A DNA stretch of 64,000 bases from an uncultured Phycisphaerales bacterium (lineage in GTDB: Bacteria; Planctomycetota; Phycisphaerae; Tepidisphaerales; Tepidisphaeraceae), in contig CAVWLP010000002.1 of NCBI GenBank assembly GCA_963755915.1, forward strand, positions 1,280,001 to 1,344,000. Direction: 5' to 3'. The notes beneath the pieces are model-generated. The model did not search any database. It was not told the origin of the DNA and worked only from the letters and a program-made list of their open reading frames with translations. The position numbers and the translations under genes were made by a program. Below, in pieces: positions 58,281 through 64,000 of the stretch. Within the stretch, counting starts at the first letter, position 1; each line of letters opens with the position of its first letter.

Positions 58281-58796
58281 AAAATCTGCGCCCCCGTTTG
58301 TGAATTGACGCTAATCACCGACGACGACGGAATTCTCCGGGCCCTTGATTTCGACGGCCACGAGCCGCGAATGCGCCGGCTCCTCCGCGACCACTACGGC
58401 CACTGCGATCTCTCCCGCGGCCCCGCCCCCAAATCCCTCCTGCGCGCTCTCGACGCCTATTTCGCCGGCGAGATCCATGCACTCGACGACGTGCCCGCCC
58501 AAACCGCCGGAACGGAATTCCAACGCCGCGTCTGGCGCGCACTTCGAGAAATCCCCGCCGGCCAGACGCGAAGTTACGGCCAGATCGCCGAGAAGATCGG
58601 CTCCCCCGGCGCCAGCCGCGCCGTCGGCGCCGCCAACGGCGCCAATCCCGTCGCCATCGTCGTCCCCTGCCACCGCGTCATCGGCGCCGACGGCACCCTC
58701 ACCGGCTTCGGCGGCGGCCTCCCCCGCAAACGCTGGCTCCTCGACCACGAACGCCGCCACGCCAGGGCCGATCTCTTCAGCGCGGCCGCGACCTAG
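58264..58796 (+). CDS. ogt: Methylated-DNA--protein-cysteine methyltransferase; frameshift near 58290
   Basis: 'GTEFQRRVW.AL.EIP.G.T.SYG', 'RAVGAANGANP', 'PCHRV'; AAGGAG before ATG 58264. Confidence 0.93.
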
Positions 58797-58879
58797 GCAA
58801 CGCTGCGACCCTGTTGAACATTCCCCGCCGATGGATACCATTTCCTCTCCGCTGTTTTCGATCGAAATCGGCGCGGTTC

Positions 58880-58952
58880 GGGCAGATAGCTCAGTTGGTA
58901 GAGCAATGGACTGAAAATCCATGTGTCGCCGGTTCAATTCCGGCTCTGCCCA
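58880..58952 (+). tRNA. tRNA-Phe(GAA); CCA tail not encoded
   Basis: Acceptor GGGCAGA/TCTGCCC; D arm GCTC-AGTTGGTA-GAGC; anticodon arm ATGGA-CTGAAAA-TCCAT; T arm GCCGG-TTCAATT-CCGGC. Confidence 0.97.
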
Positions 58953-58971
58953 ATTTTGCCGCAAGGCAAAA

Positions 58972-59088
58972 TTAGAGCAGTAGAGCAGTAGAACAGTAGA
59001 GGGGAAGAAAAATCAAGAAATTGGGGGGCGCCTGGACGGCAAGAACGCCGCTCCACTGCGGTCTACTGATCTACTGTTCTACTGCTCT
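58972..59088. repeat. Inverted octamer array downstream of tRNA-Phe
   Basis: TAGAGCAG-TAGAGCAG-TAGAACAG-TAGA...TCTACTGA-TCTACTGT-TCTACTGC-TCT. Confidence 0.8.
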
Positions 59089-59126
59089 TCTTCGCATTTC
59101 ATCCGGGATGCCCGAAGGACCCCTCA

Positions 59127-59999
59127 TTGCCCTTCAACATCGTCCATGTCCAGCCCCCGGGAATCGACGCCACGATGGGCCACCACGACATCGCCCGCCT
59201 GCTCTTTTTCTCCTTCGAATCACTCGGCCACGAAGTAACTCTGCGAATCAACAAAATCGACCCCAAAGCCATCAACATCATCGTCGGCTACGAACGCCTC
59301 GCCTCGATCCCGCCCGCTTCCGTCGCCTCCTGCATCCCCTATCAGCTCGAGCAACTTGGAACCCGCGAAGAATCCATCCCCGAAAATATCCGCGAAATTT
59401 ACCGCGGAGCGAAGGAAGTCTGGGATTACGACCCGCACAACATCGAGGTGCTTAAAAGCATCGGCATCACCAACGTCAAATTCCTCCCGCTGGCCTATCA
59501 CCAGAAGCTCGCCACGATTTGCCGCACCCTTGAGGACATCGACGTTCTCTTTTACGGCATCATGACCGATCGCCGCCGAGCGATCATCGAGGAGCTGCGC
59601 CCCAAAGTCCGCACGCTGGCCCTCGAATACGTCTACGGCCCTGAGCGCGACAAGTGGATCGCCCGATCCAAAATCGTCCTCAACATCCATCAATACGAAA
59701 CCCAATTGGCCGAGCAGGTTCGGGTAAGTTACCTGCTGAACAACGCCAAATGCGTGGTGAGCGAAAATTCGCAGTGGGATCCGCTGGGACAATGGTGCGC
59801 CCTGACGCCGTATGAGGGATTGGTGGACACCTGTCTGACGCTGGTCGCGGATAATTCCCAGCGGGAGGGGATCATAAGCGCAGTGCGCGAAGGCTATGGC
59901 CAAACGTCGATGGTGGAGAATCTACGAAAAGTGCTGGAGACCGAACGCCCAACGTCATCGCAAGCGCCCCCATTTAGAGCATTTTCATTTATCATGTAG
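59127..59999 (+). CDS. Putative GT-B glycosyltransferase-like protein; 3' end reads into the IS630 inverted repeat
   Basis: 'YQLEQL', 'EVWDY', 'DIDVLFYG', 'RSKIVLNIH', 'RVSYLLNN..CVVSE'. Confidence 0.7.
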   Translation: MPFNIVHVQPPGIDATMGHHDIARLLFFSFESLGHEVTLRINKIDPKAINIIVGYERLASIPPASVASCIPYQLEQLGTREESIPENIREIYRGAKEVWDYDPHNIEVLKSIGITNVKFLPLAYHQKLATICRTLEDIDVLFYGIMTDRRRAIIEELRPKVRTLALEYVYGPERDKWIARSKIVLNIHQYETQLAEQVRVSYLLNNAKCVVSENSQWDPLGQWCALTPYEGLVDTCLTLVADNSQREGIISAVREGYGQTSMVENLRKVLETERPTSSQAPPFRAFSFIM

Positions 60000-61006
60000 C
60001 GTATACCCTGTGTGCCTGAAGAAACCTTCGCAGTCGGAGGCGGTGACCGCGGCCAGTGCTTCCTCCACCGCTTGGCCCAATGTCTCCACCGTCCGGGCCG
60101 CCAGTGAACGAAGCTTCTGCTTCACCTTGGACCACATCGGTTCGATGGGGCTGAAGTCGGGACTGTACGGCGGCAGATACAGCAGACGGGCCCCCGTGGC
60201 CTCGATCGCCTGGCGAATCCCGCTGACTTTGTGGGATTGCAGATTATCCATGATCACCACCTGCCCGGGCCGCAGCGTGAGGACCAGGGCGTCCTGGACA
60301 AAGTTGCGGAAGATCTCGCCATCGCAAGGAGCGTCGACGGTCACGGCGGTTTGAACGCCGCGAAGCGTCATGGCCGCGATGATGGTCAGCACCTTCCAAT
60401 GCCCATGCGGCACGGCGCTGACCAGACGATCGGACCTGAGGCATCGTCCACGCGTCCGCATCATGTTGGTCACGGCGCAGCTTTCATCGATCACCACAAG
60501 GTTTTTCAGCGGTATGTCCTTCAACTGCTCGAACCAGACTGCCCGCTGCGCCTGGACGTCGGGCCGCTCCTGTTCGGCGGCGTGGACCGACTTTTTTTAA
60601 AAGAGAACTTCTGCTTCCGCAGCGCCATCCACAACGCGCCGATGCTGATGCCGATTCCCAATTCCGTTTTGAGCCGGTGTCTCAGTTCCTCCAACGTCGC
60701 ATCGGGCTGACGACGCACCTTCTCCAGCAGCCAATCACGAGCGGCCTGATCCAGCTTGGGTTTGGCGCCGGAATGGGCCGCGGCTCGATGCTGCCGTCTT
60801 CCCGGCGACGTTGTTTTAAACGTCGCACCCATGCCGGCGACACTTCGAATTGCTCCGCGACTTTTTTGGTGGGCTGGCCCCCATCGCACGCGGCCAGAAC
60901 TCGCTTACGAAGATCCAAAGAATACGCTTCCATGCCGACGATCTCCTGTCGGCATTTAACTTATCGCATCCTTGCCGCTGGCGCTAGAGGCTACGTGAAA
61001 ATGCTC
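59977..61006 (-). mobile_element. IS630-family insertion sequence with TA target duplication
   Basis: TA|GAGCATTTTCA ... TGAAAATGCTC|TA; transposase inside. Confidence 0.93.
59985..60933 (-). CDS. IS630 transposase in two parts joined at an A7G slippery site (about 60590-60598); an extra frameshift near 60770
   Basis: 'YSLDLRKRV', 'PDATLEEL', 'VIDES', 'IMDNLQSHK', 'YLPPYSPDFSPIEPMWSKVK'. Confidence 0.9.
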
Positions 61007-61149
61007 TAGCGGCAACTCCCATAGGGTAGCGCCCGCCTTGGGTGCCGCCGGTGTCCTCACCGGCGGAATTCAAAGCCCGAAACTCATACCATGGATCCAG
61101 CCACCGCAATGATCATGACCCAAAACCCAGCGCCTGCTGCTCCGACTTT

Positions 61150-61260
61150 TTCGCATTCTGGGGCCACGGCTTCGCCACCGAAGCCGCGACGGCAGTGCGG
61201 GACTACGGGTTCAAGACGCAGAACCTATCCAGAATGATCGCGATCATCGACTCCCCCGCT
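61150..61260 (+). pseudogene. Fragment of a RimJ/RimL-type GNAT gene
   Basis: 'FWGHGFATEAATAVRDYGF..QNLSRMIAIID' without the rest of the domain. Confidence 0.65.
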
Positions 61261-61285
61261 GGCATTATTTTCCCCTTTCACACTT

Positions 61286-62938
61286 TCAAACCTTCACACC
61301 TTCGCACCATTCCCTCCACATCTGCCGATAGACAGCCTCAATATTCCTCGCGAACCGCGCCCCATCCATCAGCGCCGACCCTCGCATGCGCGGCCGAATC
61401 GTCCGCCGGATCTCCGCAAGTCGTGGCAGATCGTCGGCCAGCTCGACCGCAATCTTCACAAACTCCTTCGGCGTACGCGCGATCAGCTCCGTCATCCCAA
61501 GATTCGTCAGTTGCGACACCCCCGCCCGCCCGGTCGCCATTTGCCCCGCAAGCGTAATCACCGGAACCCCCATCCAGCACGAGTCGAGACTGGTCGTGTG
61601 GCCGTTATACGGAAACGCGTCCAGCCCAAGGTCGATCTTGTGATATTGCTCCAGATATTTCCCGCGCGGCACGAAGGTGGCGAACTCAATCCGCCCCGCA
61701 TCGACTCCCTGCGACCCAAAAACGCTCAGCAGAGATTGCCGGTGAGCCCCCTCCGGACAAAGGATTATCAACCGCGAGCGAGGCACGTCTGCCAACACGT
61801 GCGCCCACAGTCGCAGAACCTGATCATTTATCTTGATGAAATCATTGAGGCACCCGAAGGTCACGCACCCGCCCGTTTGCGCCGGCAGCGTCGAAATGGG
61901 AAGATCGCCGTCCAGCGGATCGTAACACCAGAAGGTTTCCGGCAGTCGAATAGTCTTCTCCGCATAGAACTCGTCCCCCACACCCGGCGGATCGAGATGC
62001 GGATCCGAAAGCCGATAATCCATCGCCGAAAGTCCCGTCGTCCCCGGATACGCCAGCCACGCAACCTGCACCGGCGCCGGCTTTGCGCAAAGATCAGCAG
62101 CCGTCCGCCCGCCATATGCATCGTCAGATCGACGAGAATATCGATCCGGTCCTCGCGGATCCGCCGCGCGGCATCCGCGTCGCTGAGCGCGGTGATCTCC
62201 CGCCACTGGTCGGCATAACCGCGAATCTGCTCAGTGAACGGTCCAGGATGCGTGACGGATGAATAGCAGAATATCTCGAAGTTCCCGTGATCGTGATTGG
62301 AAAAGAGTGGAATCGTAAAAAGCGTCTGGCAATGCTCCCGGAAATTTGGCGAGACGTACCCGATGCGCAGCCGTCGATCGGGATTGCGATCGTTAAGGTG
62401 TGGCTCGATGAATTTCGCCAGCGGCGCCGCAAACTGCCGCTCCCATTTGCGCGTTTCCCCGAGCACCATCGCGGCATTTGCCGAAGGATGAAACGGCAGA
62501 GCGAAGATCAGATTTTCATACGCGTACAACAGATTCGGATTGAGTCGGATCGCCTCGCGGAAACAAGGGATGGCTTCGTCGAGCCGCCCAGCGTTTCGCA
62601 GAGCTTTGCCCAGGTTTGCGTGGGCCTCCGCATAGTCGGGCTTGAGGCGGATCGCCTGGCGATACGCGGCCATCGCGTCGTCAAGCTTGTCCATCCCCTG
62701 AAGCGAGATACCCAGGTTGTACCAGCCTTCGGGAAAGGGCCGCGCATCGAGGGCGCGGCGGATGAGATCAATCGATTCACTCGTTCGCCCCGCCTGCGCC
62801 GCGAGCACGCCAAGAAGATTCAATGCGTCGGAATTATTAGGCTCGCGCCAGAACCTCCCGGTAGATCCGTTCCGCCTCACCGAGCCGCCCCGCCTGGTGA
62901 TGTGCGACTGCGGCGGCCAATTGCTGCTGAATCTCCAT
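61286..62938 (-). CDS. TPR-repeat SPINDLY-family (GT41) glycosyltransferase, paralog of 14239-16203; frameshifts near 62848 and 62085
   Basis: 'AVAHHQAGRL', TPRs, 'LRIGYVSPNFREH', 'IDILVDLTMHMA', 'KPAPVQ', 'FPYNGHTTSLDSCWMGVP'. Confidence 0.88.
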
Positions 62939-62951
62939 CGAATCTTTCGCG

Positions 62952-64000
62952 TCAGTTGGTGATCTGGAACGTCTGGGATATCGGTTCGGCGGATTGAACG
63001 CGCGGGTCGATCGTGCGCCCCCATTGCCAGGCGACGACAGTAACCGCAATGGGAAATTTCGAGCGCGGCGGAATTGGCGTAAACGTCAGCTCGCCCGCAT
63101 CGTCAACCTCGGCAGGACCTTCGCGGACGTAGTAATAAACGGGAAGATTCGCCGATGATGTTGCCTGCAGTTTGATCGATGGCATGGATGGCGAGGCGTG
63201 CTGGTCGGGGATTTGGGGAAAGGTGATTTCCTGGGGCGTGCCGACGGTGTTGGTGAGGGGAAAGCGCAGCTCGGCTTGCTGAACCATTTTCTTATATTTG
63301 CCGTCACCGGGGTAGGTCATGATGAGCCAGATGTCGTTCGCGCGTTTGGGGTTGTCGAAGCCGACGCGGTCGAAACGGATTTTGAAGGTGTCGGGGGCGC
63401 TCTGGATGACGGGGCCTTCGATTCGCGCGATGCTGAGCAGATTATCTTCGCCCTGTGGGTGCGGGATGGGATCGTCCTGGGAAAATGTGGCGACGCCTTC
63501 GCCCAGCCAGCCGTCCCATTCCGAGCGCTTGCCGTCTTTGGTTGGGGGAACATTGTCCCAGAAGCTGCCGGTGAGTTTGAAGGTCATGCCGTCATCCTGC
63601 GGCTCAAACTTAAGATGGACCATCGCGTGGTCAGCGGTGGGGGGCGTAAGCCCGGCGCTTTGGCGATACCCGATAAGGACATTGGTCTGGCCACGATATC
63701 TGGACTGGAAATTCTCGATGGCTTTGGCCATTTCGCCGTCGAACGCCCAAAAGGCGGTGTCGGGTTTTCCCGTGAAATCTGCGACGGGAGCGCTGGCGGC
63801 GGATGGAGGAGCGGCGGCGTGCCAGACTTCATAGAGCCAGCCCTGCTTCGCCGCGTCAATGGGGATGAGCGTGGGGGCATGGCCGGGCGCGGAATCGGCG
63901 GGAAGGCGATATTGAACGGCTTTGCGAAGGAAGAGGCCGATCAGATCGATTTTTTCGGGGCAGGCGGCGAAGTGGCCGTCACCTGGATCGACGACCTGCG
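62952..64000 (-). CDS. Hypothetical protein, C-terminal part (possible alpha/beta hydrolase end plus Ig-like domain); start lies beyond the window
   Basis: Frame stays open to the window edge ('VVDPGDGHFAACPEKIDLIGLFLRKA'); beta-rich tail 'QEITFPQIPD...ATSSANLPVYY'. Confidence 0.65.
   Translation of the reverse strand, partial: QVVDPGDGHFAACPEKIDLIGLFLRKAVQYRLPADSAPGHAPTLIPIDAAKQGWLYEVWHAAAPPSAASAPVADFTGKPDTAFWAFDGEMAKAIENFQSRYRGQTNVLIGYRQSAGLTPPTADHAMVHLKFEPQDDGMTFKLTGSFWDNVPPTKDGKRSEWDGWLGEGVATFSQDDPIPHPQGEDNLLSIARIEGPVIQSAPDTFKIRFDRVGFDNPKRANDIWLIMTYPGDGKYKKMVQQAELRFPLTNTVGTPQEITFPQIPDQHASPSMPSIKLQATSSANLPVYYYVREGPAEVDDAGELTFTPIPPRSKFPIAVTVVAWQWGRTIDPRVQSAEPISQTFQITN

Overview
High-GC bacterial chromosome segment. 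The gene style (prepilin-type proteins, SPINDLY-like TPR glycosyltransferases, 'ATQP'-motif secreted proteins) suggests Planctomycetota/Phycisphaerae; this is inference. It is mostly housekeeping and envelope genes (comEC, hemC, pgsA, pgpA, gluQ, lpxK, DEAD-box helicase, truA, carB, MacAB-TolC-type exporter, alkA/ada-ogt) plus tRNA-Ala(CGC) and tRNA-Phe(GAA). Mobile parts: a decayed composite island (about 7.7-12.8 kb) running from tRNA-Ala to an orphan 3' half of a tRNA-Ser, a complete group II intron (17485-19457) and an IS630-family element (59977-61006). The strongest unusual signal is a set of small palindromic/tandem repeat families and one MITE that sit in frame inside core proteins (PgpA, GluQ, CarB, AlkA and several C-terminal tails), while the group II intron has inserted into the 3' arm of one such palindrome. 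Also seen: a 104-nt ungapped dispersed non-coding repeat, a GTGA-hairpin-rich structured element in the island and Fur-like boxes before two iron-transport genes. About 15 single-base frameshifts, one in carB, look like long-read consensus errors, so most split genes are called as probably intact.
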